From assembly GCF_006345805.1 (NCBI RefSeq), contig NC_043003.1, forward strand, positions 53,134,001 through 53,198,000: 64,000 bases of DNA, read 5' to 3'. The DNA is from Octopus sinensis (Eukaryota). The notes below the pieces were generated by a model. That model was not told where the DNA came from, did not search any database, and saw only the letters and a list, made by a program, of their open reading frames with translations. The position numbers and the translations under genes are program-made. This document shows positions 24,891-37,355 of the stretch, one piece after another (within the stretch, counting starts at the first letter, position 1; every line of letters starts with the position of its first letter).

Positions 24891-26530
24891 CATTTTTTTT
24901 TATTGCTCTGAATAGCTACTCAAATTTTCCTAAAGTCCATGCGAATAATAATATATTGCTTGAAGCTTGTCTATAGATTAATAGGAGGTGGTTTATCCTC
25001 ATATTTATTACTGTGCAAACAAAAAAAGCTAACGAATTCTAATTATTTACAATGCGCTGACTCTAATACTAATAATCAAATAATTATATATGTATGAGAA
25101 AGCGGAAAGTAATACCACTGTGAGACTACACATGAGAACAAGGTCATAGTATTCATTTGTTTGAATGAGATACGGTATCTTGGTTTACGTTGACTTTATT
25201 ATATTCATTATGTAAAGGGACATTTTATACAGTTAATATAATTTGGTTGATGAGCAGCGCATCACCAACTGAGGAAGACCAATGATTGTGGGTTAATATA
25301 TACTGATTCCTTTCTTGCGCTTCTTCTTTACGTAACGAATCTTTTCTTTTTCTATTCTTCGTTTTTTACATGAATTCGAATTAGTGTTTCTCAATACAAG
25401 GTAGGCATTGATTAGACGATGACCATAATAATAATTATTATTATTATTATCATGTAATTATTCATGTTGTTAGAGTTATAAAGGAGTGTTTTGAAAGGAA
25501 AAGAAAGCAGTTTCACCGTTTCAAATTCATTCACGAAATACTTAAGGGGAAAGAAAACCAAAAGCAAAAAAAAAAAAAAAAAAAAAAAAATCAGCACTTT
25601 GATGAGAAAGCCTGTTTTCAAGCCATTCGCCATATTGATAGTTCTTTACGGTTTATTATTGCAGGTTTCTTGTCAAACTTAAATTAACCAAATGTATACA
25701 TGATCCACGCCTTTACTCAGTTTAAAAGATTGTAGTCAAACATTCAACATAAGTCAAATAATGATGTCTACTGTTCGTAGCGACTATTCTATTTCTTGTC
25801 TGAAAAGAGAGTTACGCACTTCGTTCGTCACCAGCAAACAAAGGATGTTAGTATACATCAAGTAGATCTTTTATCATACATGCAATCATTAAAATCTCAT
25901 ACTGAATCTTACTTTTCAAAAGCCAATTGTTTAAATAGTTAAATAAATCAGATTTATTTAATATTCAAATAAATTTTAAGGCACTTTTTCATGCAAGAAT
26001 TGTCAGTTTAACTTGTATAAGGATTTAAATATTTTCCTTTGGAAGGTTCGATATAAAAAATGTCAGGTAAGTTTCTAGTCGTTCAAAATGTCATAGCTAA
26101 CAAACATCATACCATATTTTACTGAATTAATTACACGGACAAATGATCTGCAAAGTCATTGTAAAAGATTCAGGCCAATTGCAGTGGCATTTTACCTAGT
26201 TATTACTGTATTGATAATCGTTAAGCTATATATCATGGAAAACACAAATTGTCACGAGTTAGCAACCTTGAGAATTGGGTTTCAGACAACATTCATGAAT
26301 TTATTCCATTTAGAGACTAGCTCGATAAAATAGTCTGTAAGAATCTTAAAATCTATAAAATTCTGCAAATGAAGCACCTTTGGTTATTTATTTCAGAAGA
26401 GTTTAATCGTTACGAACCGTCTGTGGAGTGAACGTTTTTTCAGCTACGAAAGCCCCTACTTATCTCTTAGCATTCTTGTAAATTAGCAATAATAAATCTC
26501 TGAACGAGGTATAGACAGTAATTGCACGAC

Positions 26531-26881
26531 AATGTGAAGTATATTTGCCATCTCAATATGGCTAACCACTAAGGGTGGATGTTACTGTAGCTTGTAGCCC
26601 CAGGAGAACATCTTCTCCAGCTGGCTATTGACACACTTTCTGTGCCCTATCGACAACCGGTGATTGTCGTGCGCTGATGACGGGTCAATACCCAGAAACT
26701 GCAGTCCGTGCGTATCACTTAGGTTGACGAGGGAAGGATGACCTCCCTTTGTAAATACCGATAGGAACACAAAAAGCGTGTCAATAGCCAGCTGGAGAAG
26801 ATGTTCTCCTGGGGCTACAAGCTACAGTAACATCCACCCTTAGTGGTTAGCCATATTGAGATGGCAAATATACTTCACATT
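26531..26881. repeat. Long inverted repeat: 104-bp perfect arms plus ~20 bp imperfect, ~105-bp loop
   Basis: 26531-26634 is the exact reverse complement of 26778-26881; 14-bp direct repeat CATTCTTGTAAATT at 26471 and 26878. Confidence 0.95.
26654..26726 (+). ncRNA. Type I hammerhead ribozyme in the loop of the inverted repeat
   Basis: Stem I CGTGCG/CGTGCG (with G-U pairs) extended by GTGAT/ATCAC and CAACC/GGTTG; core CTGATGA; stem II GGGT-CAAT-ACCC; GAAA; palindromic ACTGCAGT; GTC triplet at 26704-26706. Confidence 0.8.
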
Positions 26882-28239
26882 CTTGTAAATTCTTTTCTTT
26901 CTTTATCATCTCTGAACCCGAGGAGGGATAAGTATAATAACTCCTAACTGATAAATCTGTAACACCGAATTGTTTCGTATATATAGAGTTAGTGAAATAA
27001 CATAAATACATAGTTGCGATGAGATACAGCGAGTAAATAGCGAATAATTATTATAATGTAGACAAGGCAAATTGTCAGATATTACATTAACCTATAAAAT
27101 TGAATCAAGGGTTTCGTTTCATTTTCCTGTAGACGTAATATTTTTCATGGCAAGATAATATTTGATGTCCAAAGAAGAAGAGGAATATAAATTAGCAGTA
27201 AAACAGTTTGAGATTACATGTCTAAGATTATAATCTTTCTGTGTCACCAAGTGCAAACTTTAACACCTTTATGAACAAGCAAATATTTTATAAGTAAACT
27301 AAGGCGTTGCATGTCAATATATCTATTTTATTTAATCAAGATAATATTATTACTCGTGTCATACTACATGGTGAGGAGGCCTCTATACACCTGTCCACTT
27401 TACTAGAAATATCAACGAAATTTTGCTCAAATTAGTACATACTATCTTAAAAAAAATAAAGAACACATTGGATACTATAGTTCCCGAAGCGAAGGATGAT
27501 CAGAGATGGAATGTGACCAAAAGTCAGCTAGATCAAGACTGAAATGGGGCAAAACAACAACAAACACAAAAACAACTTGCAATCATTAAAATACATACCT
27601 TTCCTGCATTAGTTACCTGGTTAGTCACACGATTGTTTTATGCGTTATGAGTCCCTCACATTTCCTTAATTCTATACGAATATATTTGTTCTATGGACAT
27701 GTAATGTACGCACAAACCGTAAAATTTACATGGAAAGGGAAATGTAAAACTGAGATACTTGAGTCACTTTTGCAAAGTCATTGAATTAGTTGAAACTATG
27801 TAAAGAGAGAAACCGAATTACAGTTAGGATTCCTAATTCAATTTCACATTGTGTTTTCTGCCACTAAGTCTACTTTAATAGTAAATTCTGAGATATTTAT
27901 GACGCATGTGAGTCTTAGAGGAACAAGTACTTAAAAATCGTCAACAAAGCTTGTATAATTAGGTTTAGTAATTGTTTAATTAGTTTTATTGACCAAAATA
28001 ACACCTCTGTATAATAGGCAAGTGTTTCCTTATTTTCTATGTTTTCTAAAACTAATCTGCCACTAATATATGATTTCAACGTCTCTGAATTTACCGAGAC
28101 TCACCTCCCCTTCTCTCGTAAACTTTACTGTGTCTCGTACCTCAGATCTTCCTTCCCAAAACTTCCTGGCATTGAATCTCCTACCACGAAGGTGTGGAAG
28201 CTGTATATTAAACATTCTGGCCATACCAGCCTAAAGTGA

Positions 28240-30522
28240 CTTGCAAGGTTCATGAAACACCCAAAGCGTTTGTGGACATTCCAGCACCCATCTGGATCTT
28301 ATTCACAAATTGACTACATACTTGTGAGAAACAAGTGGAGGAACAGTGTCCGAAATGCACAGGCATACTCCTCCATCGCATCTGTTGGCTTAAATCATAG
28401 AGTTGTTTCTATATGCACTGTTCTCTGCCTCAGATCATCAAAACCACCAGTCCCAAACCCCATGAAACAGGTGGACTGGTCCAAGATTTCATCAGCTAAA
28501 GATGTAGTGCACTCAATTGCTGTAGATGTTAAAAACCGTTTTGAAATGCTCTCAGAACACTCTGACGACATTGAAACACAATATAACCTCGTAAAAGCCA
28601 CAGATGAAATTTCCCTTTCAAAACTACGCAAGAAGGAAAGAATAAAGCACAGATCAATTCATGCAGATGTCCGTGTGAGAGAAGCAAGGAAGCATCTAGA
28701 AAGATCGAAACTTAGATATGAACAGAGGCCTACAAAACATAACTTCAAAGATGCTTCCAAAGCTCAAAGAACACAAGATGAGGCATATGCCAATGTAGAA
28801 ACAGAATACATTCTAGATGAGATTAACAAAATTGCAAACTTGCATACTGCAAAGCAACATGCTGCAGTATGGTAATTAATAAACACACTAACTGAAAGAA
28901 AATTTAAGCCTTCCATCAGGCTTGAAGGTGGTTCCTCTGAGAAGCGCAAGGCCAACTGGTTTGACCACTTCAGAAACTTCTTGGAGAATCACCGCCAACT
29001 AACGGTCTTCCACTTCCTCTACACTAAATATTTAATGTATTAAACATCATCAAGGACCTTTTCACATTGGATGAGCTCAAAGTAGTTCTCAGTAGTTTTA
29101 CTAACAATAAATCTCCAGAACTCGATAACATACCAACATTACTATGGAAACATCCAATATTTCATGAGACCTTACTAGGTTTCTGCAACAACACATATGC
29201 ACATCATTTGCCTTCATCAGCTTGATTGAAGGGTGGAATTGTCCCTGACCCCCCAAAACAGGTTATCTAACAAGTACAGCAAATTATAGAGGAATTACTC
29301 TGATCCCTATTGCAGCAAAAGTTTATAACAAAATTCTGCTTAGTGGTATTGTACCTATGCTTGATCCACTTCTTCGTAAGAATCATAATTGGTTTAGAAG
29401 GGGCCGGGCAACAGCTGCTCAAATCCTCTCCATCCGTCGCATGCTGGAAGAAATTAAAAAATTTATCAAGAACGTCCCAATCTGTTTTGTCGACTTTCGC
29501 AAAGCATTTGATTCCAACAGCAGAGATGTTATGTTTAAAATCCTTGCACTCTATGGTATTCCTCCCAGGATTGTTGATGCTATCAAAGCGCTGTACACAA
29601 ACACCATTGCCATAGTTATATCTCTTGGTAGAGAGACTGATTTCTTTGAAGTTGAAGCAGGTGTTCGCTACTTTCCTGTTCATAATTGTTCTAGACTATG
29701 TTCTACGCATTTCCCTAAACGGTATGGAGGAAAAGGAACTCTTTTTGAAACCCATTCAGAGCAGTTGGCATTGTGCACAATATGTAACTGATCTTGACTT
29801 TGCTGACAATCTTACGTTGATATTCCATTGTATTAAAGATGCAGAATCTTTGTTACAAGCACTGGAGAAAGCAGCAAACCAGGTCGGCTTATACTGCAAC
29901 GAGAGTAAGACAGAGTTAATCACGACCTCCTTCAAGTTAACTGAACTTAAATTGCTCAGTAATATATCAATCAAAAACATTGATGACTTAAGATATCTTT
30001 GATCACACATAGTAGACACCCAAAAGGATTTTTCGCATCTACAAAGCTCTTGTTTGAGATGTATGTAACAGATTTAATAAGATCTGGCACTCAAACCTTC
30101 CACTGACTGAGCCGGTCTTTCTCTATGGATCAGAGACCTGGACCTTATCGGATCTCTTAGAAAAACAACTAGATGGAACATATACCAACCTGCCCAGAAA
30201 GATACAGAGCATCAGTGGAGGTCACACCCAACACTTAGTAACATCTATGGAAATCTGATACCAATATCCCTCAAGCTAAAGCAGAATCAGCTACAATTTG
30301 CTTGCCACTGTCATCGAGCAGAGAAAGAGGTTATCTCATCCCTGCTCAAGTGGTATCCCTCTGGAAGTGTTTTCTCCAGGAAACTGACATTTCCAGATAC
30401 TACTCAGGGCCTCAGGGCTGTATATTAGAGATATGAACACAGCAATGCAGGACCATGTAGTGTGGAAAGGGATTGTCAATGAAGTTCTGACCAACCGTAG
30501 GTTGGTCGAAGGATGATAATGA
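28240..30522 (+). mobile_element. RTE-clade LINE, 5'-truncated and frameshifted (AP endonuclease C-terminus plus RT)
   Basis: WTFQHPSGSYSQIDYILVRNKWRNSVRNAQAY; NKSPELDNIP; NYRGITL; FVDFRKAFDS; DLDFADNL; LYGSETWTL. Confidence 0.9.
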
Positions 30523-30647
30523 CTTGCAAAAGAACTAAAAGACGCAGTCAAATATTGTTTAGAGTTGGATCACATATCCGAATCTAGACATGCTGGAAAA
30601 CAGATTAGAAATTGTAGAACCAAACATATACTAAAACCCCATGCTTC

Positions 30648-30705
<58 letters not shown>

Positions 30706-30833
30706 GGCGTAGGAGTGGCTGTGTGGTAAGTAGCTTGCTTACCAACCACATGGTTCCGGGTTCAGTTTCACTGCGTGGCACCAAAGCCTGGTGAGTGGAT
30801 TTGGTAGACGGAAACTGAAAGAAGCCCGTCGCA

Positions 30834-30870
<37 letters not shown>

Positions 30871-31086
30871 GTGTGTGTATATGTTTGTGTGTCTGTGTTT
30901 GTCCCTTCAATATCGCTTGACAACCGACGCTGGTGTGTTTACGTCCCCCTTAATTTAGCTGTTCGGCAAAAGAGACCGATAGAATAAGTACTAGGCTTAC
31001 AAAGAATAAGTCCTGGGGTCGATTTGCTCGATTAAAGGCGGTGCTCCAGCATGGCCACAGTCAAATGACTGAAACAAATATAAGAG

Positions 31087-31087
<1 letters not shown>
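30706..31087 (+). mobile_element. SINE family A with internal deletion in the CORE-like segment
   Basis: GGCACC joined directly to AAAGCC; rest matches family A. Confidence 0.9.
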
Positions 31088-31120
<33 letters not shown>

Positions 31121-32062
31121 TGCATGTATATGTGTATGTATGTATGTGTGTATTTATTTATTTATTTATTTATGCATGCATGAATATATTAAAGTGCGTG
31201 AATTTGAATAAAAACTATTGCATCATTGCAAGAACAGTTTTTAATCGATTTGGTATAAATGAGTAATTGGTTGACTTTTATCGACTTCAGAGAAATGAAG
31301 GATAAGGTTAAAGCAGACAGAATTTGAAATGAAAATATAAAAACGTCAGTATTAAATACTATAAGCATTTTCCATTCTTTGCTACTTTTCCATACTGTAT
31401 TGTGGTTTTTATACAAAATTAGCCCCACTAAAGTTCATGTAGCTTTCATAAAGGAAATTCTCACTTGCCGAAGAACGTACAATAACTTTTGGAAAATATT
31501 GTCGACTGAGCTATTAAGAATTATCACAAGCATTATATAACTTTCTTTCTTTTTCTTTGTTGGCTGACCGATTTTGTTTTTTTTTTTTGTTTTGAAAGTA
31601 TATTTCTTTCACCGAGGATTGAATACGTAGTTTGAGTAAACAGGTGCTTGCAACGGATTTAGTTGTACTTCATTTTCCTTTCAAATTGTACCCTGCAAGA
31701 AAAGGGAGAAAGCAACAGGCGGTCGTTATCAATGCAATAAACTTAAGATCATTAAATATTTATGTCAATATCACCTTCCATAATTTTTGTTGGCAGATGT
31801 TTTGCAAAGACAATGTCTTTATGAATATATTGATGAGTGAGATTTTATCATACTTACTGTTGTGCTTTCCTCTTTCCATCGATCAGTCACACGCTATCTC
31901 ATCCATATTCTCTTTCACTCCATCTGGCATTCATTTTGCTTCTTTTTCCTATACATATTTTTTTTTGTTTTGTTTCTGCGTGTTCTTTATTTCTTATTTC
32001 CGTTATCAAGAATATTTTTTTTGCTTAAACTATTCTCTATTTGCCCCTTCTCTTTTCCCTTT

Positions 32063-32064
<2 letters not shown>

Positions 32065-32117
<53 letters not shown>

Positions 32118-32252
32118 GTTCATCTTCTTCATTGTACCTGTTGATTTTCTTTCAGCCACTTTACCCTTTTCTATTTTTTCTGTCTAACGTTAAAAAGTTT
32201 AACTTTTGTAATACATACATACATCATACATACATACATACATACTACATAC

Positions 32253-32317
<65 letters not shown>

Positions 32318-32327
32318 TACAAAAGAT

Positions 32328-32363
<36 letters not shown>

Positions 32364-32432
32364 GTACATACATATATATATATATATAAGCATATATATG
32401 TAGATATCTCTAAGCATGTGTAATAGACAGAC

Positions 32433-32478
<46 letters not shown>

Positions 32479-32480
32479 AT
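32065..32480. repeat. (CT)n, (TACA)n, (TA)n and (GATA)n microsatellites
   Basis: Direct reading. Confidence 0.9.
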
Positions 32481-33159
32481 GTAGTTGGATCAGTCGAGTG
32501 ATCGGGATAAAACGGTTGCTTAATCTCTAGCATAGACATGGCTTGTATGGAAAAAATACAGCTGACTCGGTAACTGTTCAATAAGATTTATTAATCAATG
32601 TATCAAATGCAGTTCGTCGCATATTGAGACTAGACAGAAAATTCCAATAAGATGACTGGTGCTATGCAAACATTGCTTATAATGCGATAATCAGATCTTA
32701 TAAATAAAAAGCATGGAAAAGGTATTTCAGTGCTACAGCTGTTTCAAAAGGATGTCGGGTATGAATACCTTGTAGCTGCTTGGTGTACTTTTTCAACAGT
32801 TACATGCGATTGTTTGGTTGAAAATAGTCCGCTGTAATGGAAAATGCAAACGAAAGCCGGTCTAGCAGAAAGAATGAAAAACGTGTGAGCGAAGATTGGA
32901 ATCAGTAAAGAACCAATGGCATGCCCTACTCACCGACTACCTTTTCGAGATATATTGGGATGTGGTTTCATTTCGTTACCAGCATATTCAGATTATCGTA
33001 TTGGCTGCAGTAGATTATAATCTTATTGATGTATTATATGTGGCCTCAATAATGGGTAACCAGTACGCCGAAAGATGGAATGCTTGTCACCACTTCAACC
33101 TCATACACTACATCTTCAGAGTTGCCTCTCTCCCTATTCGCTGAATAACCAACTGTACA

Positions 33160-33201
<42 letters not shown>

Positions 33202-33364
33202 AAGTCAAATTGCGATAAAATAAAATAAATTATTATCGCTGGTATTTCTCGCACAAGCCATATATTATTCATATATCAGTACATTAAGGCGAAATATGTG
33301 CTAGAAACACAGAAGCTAGATAAATTTAGTGAAATGAAGATAAAAACATTTACTAACTCGGTTC

Positions 33365-33438
33365 CTCTTAGACTGCAGTTTCGTTCTTTTCAGCAATAAA
33401 GATAATTTATTTGCTCAGGGAGAATTCATCGGTAAGAG
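33365..33438 (-). ncRNA. Type I hammerhead ribozyme, unit 1
   Basis: CTCTTA-CCGATGA-A-TTCT...AGAA-C-GAAA-CTGCA-GTC-TAAGAG: 6-bp stem I, long stem II, palindromic stem III, GUC site. Confidence 0.8.
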
Positions 33439-33761
33439 CCCTGTTGTTCTGAGATCCTAACTCACTAGAAGCATGTGCTTCTAATGATTTGCTCTCTCTA
33501 ACTAATCAGATCACTGCGCAGACTCAGAACGTCCCGACAAAACTAGGGATTTCTGGTAAATTGTCTAACGCTCAAAATTTATCGAGAAATATGTAAACAA
33601 GTCAAATTGCGATAAAATAAAATTAATTATTATCGCTGGTATTTCTCGCACAAGCCATATATTATTCATATATCAGTACATTAAGGCGAAATATGTGCTA
33701 GAAACACAGAAGCTAGATAAATTTAGTGAAATGAAGATAAAAACATATACTAACTCGGTTC

Positions 33762-33835
33762 CTCTTAGACTGCAGTTTCGTTCTTTTCAGCAATAAAGAT
33801 AATTTATTTGCTCAGGGAGAATTCATCGGTAAAAG
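33762..33835 (-). ncRNA. Type I hammerhead ribozyme, unit 2
   Basis: Same motif; 5' stem I strand reads CTTTTA, turning one C-G pair into U-G (structure-preserving). Confidence 0.8.
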
Positions 33836-34158
33836 CCCTGTTGTTCTGAGATCCTAACTCACTAGAAGCATGTGCTTCTAATGATTTGCTCTCTCTAACT
33901 AATCAGATCACTGCGCAGACTCAGAACGTCCCGACAAAACTAGGGATTTCTGGTATATTGTCTAACGCTCAAAATTTATCGAGAAATATGTAAACAAGTC
34001 AAATTGCGATAAAATAAAATTAATTATTATCGCTGGTATTTCTCGCACAAGCCATATATTATTCATATATCAGTACATTAAGGCGAAATATGTGCTAGAA
34101 ACACAGAAGCTAGATAAATTTAGTGAAATGAAGATAAAAACATTTACTAACTCGGTTC

Positions 34159-34232
34159 CTCTTAGACTGCAGTTTCGTTCTTTTCAGCAATAAAAATAAT
34201 TTATTTGCTCAGGGAGAATTCATCGGTAAGAG
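34159..34232 (-). ncRNA. Type I hammerhead ribozyme, unit 3
   Basis: Same motif; one substitution in the stem II loop. Confidence 0.8.
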
Positions 34233-34494
34233 CCCTGTTGTTCTGAGATCCTAACTCACTAGAAGCATGTGCTTCTATATACATATATATACATACATAC
34301 ATACATACATTACATACATACATACATACATATATATATATGTATATACATGTATATATATATATACATCTATATATACATATATATATATATGTATTTA
34401 TGCATGATGTATGTATGTATGTATGTATCTATGTATTTATGTATGTATACATTTATATACTTTATCTGTGAATTAAGGCTGCCATTGGTTTCAT

Positions 34495-35033
34495 AAGAAA
34501 AGTAGGAAAATACCCTAGTGTTTTAACAATTTTTCAGGCCGATCACATGGAGAAAAGTGTTCGGGCCTGATTTGGAAAACATGGTCTCGGTTAGTTCACG
34601 GAGATTCTCGTTAATTCTCGTGAATAAAACACTAGATCAAAGTGGCATCTTTTGAATGTTTGCCTCCCTTTCCTGAACGTTAAATCTGAACACACATAGC
34701 ACACAAACTCGACACACAGAAGAAATATGTTCCAATGACGAACTATCTGAGCACACAAGTATAAGCACACCACACCCAGAATAAAAACAAAATAATGCAA
34801 AAAAAATTGACCCCACAACAGTTTGTCCCAAAGACAAATCCAAGGGAGGCAAATATTCGAATGATGCCACCCAAGATTAACATCCCTCGATCAATTATTT
34901 TATTCCCGATAATTCACGAGTATCTCCACTAACTAAACGAAGCTGTGCTTTCCAAAATGGAGGCGAACACCCTTCTCCATGTGAACGGCTCGAAAAACTG
35001 TTAAGATACTAGGACGTTTTCCTACTTTTCTTC
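34495..35033. mobile_element. Foldback/MITE with ~175-bp imperfect inverted arms
   Basis: AAAAGTAGGAAAA/TTTTCCTACTTTT, CACATGGAGAA/TTCTCCATGTG, GTGGCATC..TTTGCCTCCCTT/AAGGGAGGCAAA..GATGCCAC. Confidence 0.75.
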
Positions 35034-35123
35034 TTAGCATGTTGCAAAATCAGCGACTGTGTTGCTTGAATTTATATTTATTGCAAGTAGAGGTGAGCTA
35101 CTGCCATCTCTAGAAGACGTGGT

Positions 35124-36571
35124 TTATCCTGCAAGGGTTGGGTAATGGTCCATTTAGACCAAAGTAAAGCGTTTGATAGGGTAGACCATTGTTTCCTGGC
35201 GGCGGTTCTCGAAGCGGCTGGGCTGGGCCCGGGCTTTCGCGGGTGGATCTCCGCTATGTACAGCGGCATCAAGTCCACAGTCCAGATAAACGGTTACCTG
35301 ACGGAGCCGTTTTCGATTAAGTGCTCAGTTCGTCAAAGGTGTCCCTTGTCTCCGCTTCTGTACGTGTTGGCTCTCGAGCCATTGCTGCGGAAGTTGGAGA
35401 AGTTGGGAGGCAACCCTAAGGAGATCGAATGCGGTAAGTCTGTTTCTGCTTATGCGGATGACGTCACCTTCATCGTGTCCAGCGAAGCACATATACCTCA
35501 TGTAGAAGATGCTCTCATGGATACGAAGCGGTGGCAGGAGCAAAAGTTAACAAAGACAAGTCCATCGGCTTGCGCTTCGGCACCGGGAGGAGCAAGTCGA
35601 TATCACCCAGTGTCGTGGGTCACTGAACAGATGGTCCTGTTAAGTTGCTTGGAGTTTGGTTTGGCCCAGACTCTCAGACGGAGAAGAAATGGAGCGAGGT
35701 GGCAGATAAGGTACAGGTCGTAGTACGGAAGCGGTCCGGAAGGGCTCTGTCCTTGAAAGGAAGCGCGGAGGTGGTACATGTGTTTATTGCGTCTGTAATC
35801 ACTTATCGCCTGACCGTTGTCCCTTGCCCCGATTCGTAGCTAAACAAGTTGGAACGACTCCTTTTCCGCTTTTTGTAGAAGGGAGGAAAGCTACTTGTAA
35901 AGCACTCTGTTGCTGCCAGGAACCGTTAAAGGGCGGGCTGAAAATGCATTGGCTAATGATGTGCAAACATGCATTGAGGCTGAGATATCTCTGGCGTCAC
36001 CTGGAAGGTGATAAGGTGTGGAGTCTGCTGGCAGAGGAATTCATCCCGGCCTCTATGGAGAGATTTAAACCCGACTGGATCTATTATAAAGATGGTGCCG
36101 CCAACTGAACTCTCAAAGGAAGGTGAGGCTTGTTTTCACTGTACGGTGGCAGTATTGAAAGAGTGTGTATGGAGAACTAGAATGGAAGGTTTCGTGACAG
36201 GTTCCTTCGTCTCTGGCCCGGGTTTGTTAACCTACTTCAGATGCCATCTGAAGAGCAAGATGGGGTTGGAGAGGAAAGCCCCGCCGCAAAGACGTTAGAA
36301 GGATGCGATGAGAAAGATGGATGTCAATAACCCAGCTTAATCATCAATGAAAGGAAAAAGATAGTTGCTGCGCCTTACAGGCTGCCGGGTATGAAGTTTG
36401 AACTTGTTTCTTTTACTTCTTTTTTAAAAAAAGGTTAACGGAACATCAAGTAAACTATATAAATTATATCTAAATTTTTAACGTTCATTCGAACTCATCA
36501 TAACATTTTGGTAATCGTTTCGTCCTGTAAAGTCCCATCTGTGTACTGATTGTATAATCATAATAAAGAAT
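35124..36571 (+). mobile_element. Tx1/L1-clade LINE, 5'-truncated within RT
   Basis: LDQSKAFDRVDH, SVRQRCPLSPLLYVLALEPLL, AYADD, LGVWFG; AATAAA near 3' end; 20-bp TSD CCATCTCTAGAAGA(C/T)GTGGT at 35104 and 36572. Confidence 0.92.
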
Positions 36572-36583
36572 CCATCTCTAGAA

Positions 36584-36650
36584 GATGTGGTGTCCAGTAC
36601 TGAAGAGAGGCAGAAATAGCCCGAAACCAGACTGGTATGCTAGTATCGTC
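36584..36650 (+). ncRNA. Type I hammerhead ribozyme next to the Tx1 insertion
   Basis: AGTA-CTGAAGA-G(A)GGC-AGAAATA-GCCC-GAAA-CCAGACTGG-TA-TGCT; canonical core, near-palindromic stem III, GUA triplet. Confidence 0.72.
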
Positions 36651-36900
36651 GCTAGAAGGGGAGAGGGGTTCGGTCCCCTGCTCGCAATATATCGGATGCA
36701 ACTGTGCATCGTTAACCAGCTACAGGAGATGTCCTCTTGGGTTTAAAATATCGCAGTAAAGTCCGTATGAATGGAACAGCCACGTTGAAGTGGCCTCGAA
36801 TATTACTTGCGAGTACTACTACTGCATTCATCTCTCAGAGAGATTTTAGAACTAGCTTTTTAGCTTATACACACACACACAAACACATACACTTATACAC

Positions 36901-36978
<78 letters not shown>

Positions 36979-37355
36979 CACTTGCGTCAGAAATTAATTA
37001 GCACTTCTCAATTTCTACATTAAATAGGTTAAATCAATTAACCTATGAGCTGTTCAAAACGTCTTACGCGATGAGAAAACTTAGTATGGTGTGTTTCGGT
37101 CCTTGCGAGGCGCTACCTATATCTATTAACAAAGGAAGATTTGTCTGCATCCGCACTCCAAGTTGTTGTTGCACTGCTATGTCAACATCATAAGGCTGTA
37201 GACTCTCAAACTGCTCTGCAAACAAAGTTACGTCATCGTTCTGCGCAACAGTGAACTCGCAACAAAGCAATAGTTCGAGATATGGCCACTAGGTGACAGC
37301 ACATACCTTGAGTGAAGAGCAAATCAAGGGTGCTAATTAATTTCTGACGGTAGTG
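36979..37355. mobile_element. Tc1-type MITE
   Basis: TIRs CACTTGCGTCAGAAATTAATTAGCAC / GTGCTAATTAATTTCTGACGGTAGTG flanked by TA. Confidence 0.85.

Larger units (their letters stand above)
33197..34277 (-). mobile_element. 397-bp tandem array (2.7 units), one hammerhead per unit; non-LTR retrozyme or Penelope pLTR-like
   Basis: Units start at 33197, 33594 and 33991; only a few substitutions between units; flanked by (TA)n on both sides; no ORF. Confidence 0.85.

Noticed and set aside
25269-25305. CTGAGGA-A-GACC..GGTT hammerhead-like motif
   Set aside because: GAAA missing and no convincing stem I; at best a relic
32730-32760. GAAACAGCTGTAG on the minus strand
   Set aside because: Only the 3' half of a hammerhead; the CUGANGA core is not recognisable, so not called as a feature
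33197-34277. CRISPR-like or plain satellite interpretation of the tandem array
   Set aside because: No unique spacers and a eukaryotic context; units are full 397-bp repeats with a ribozyme motif
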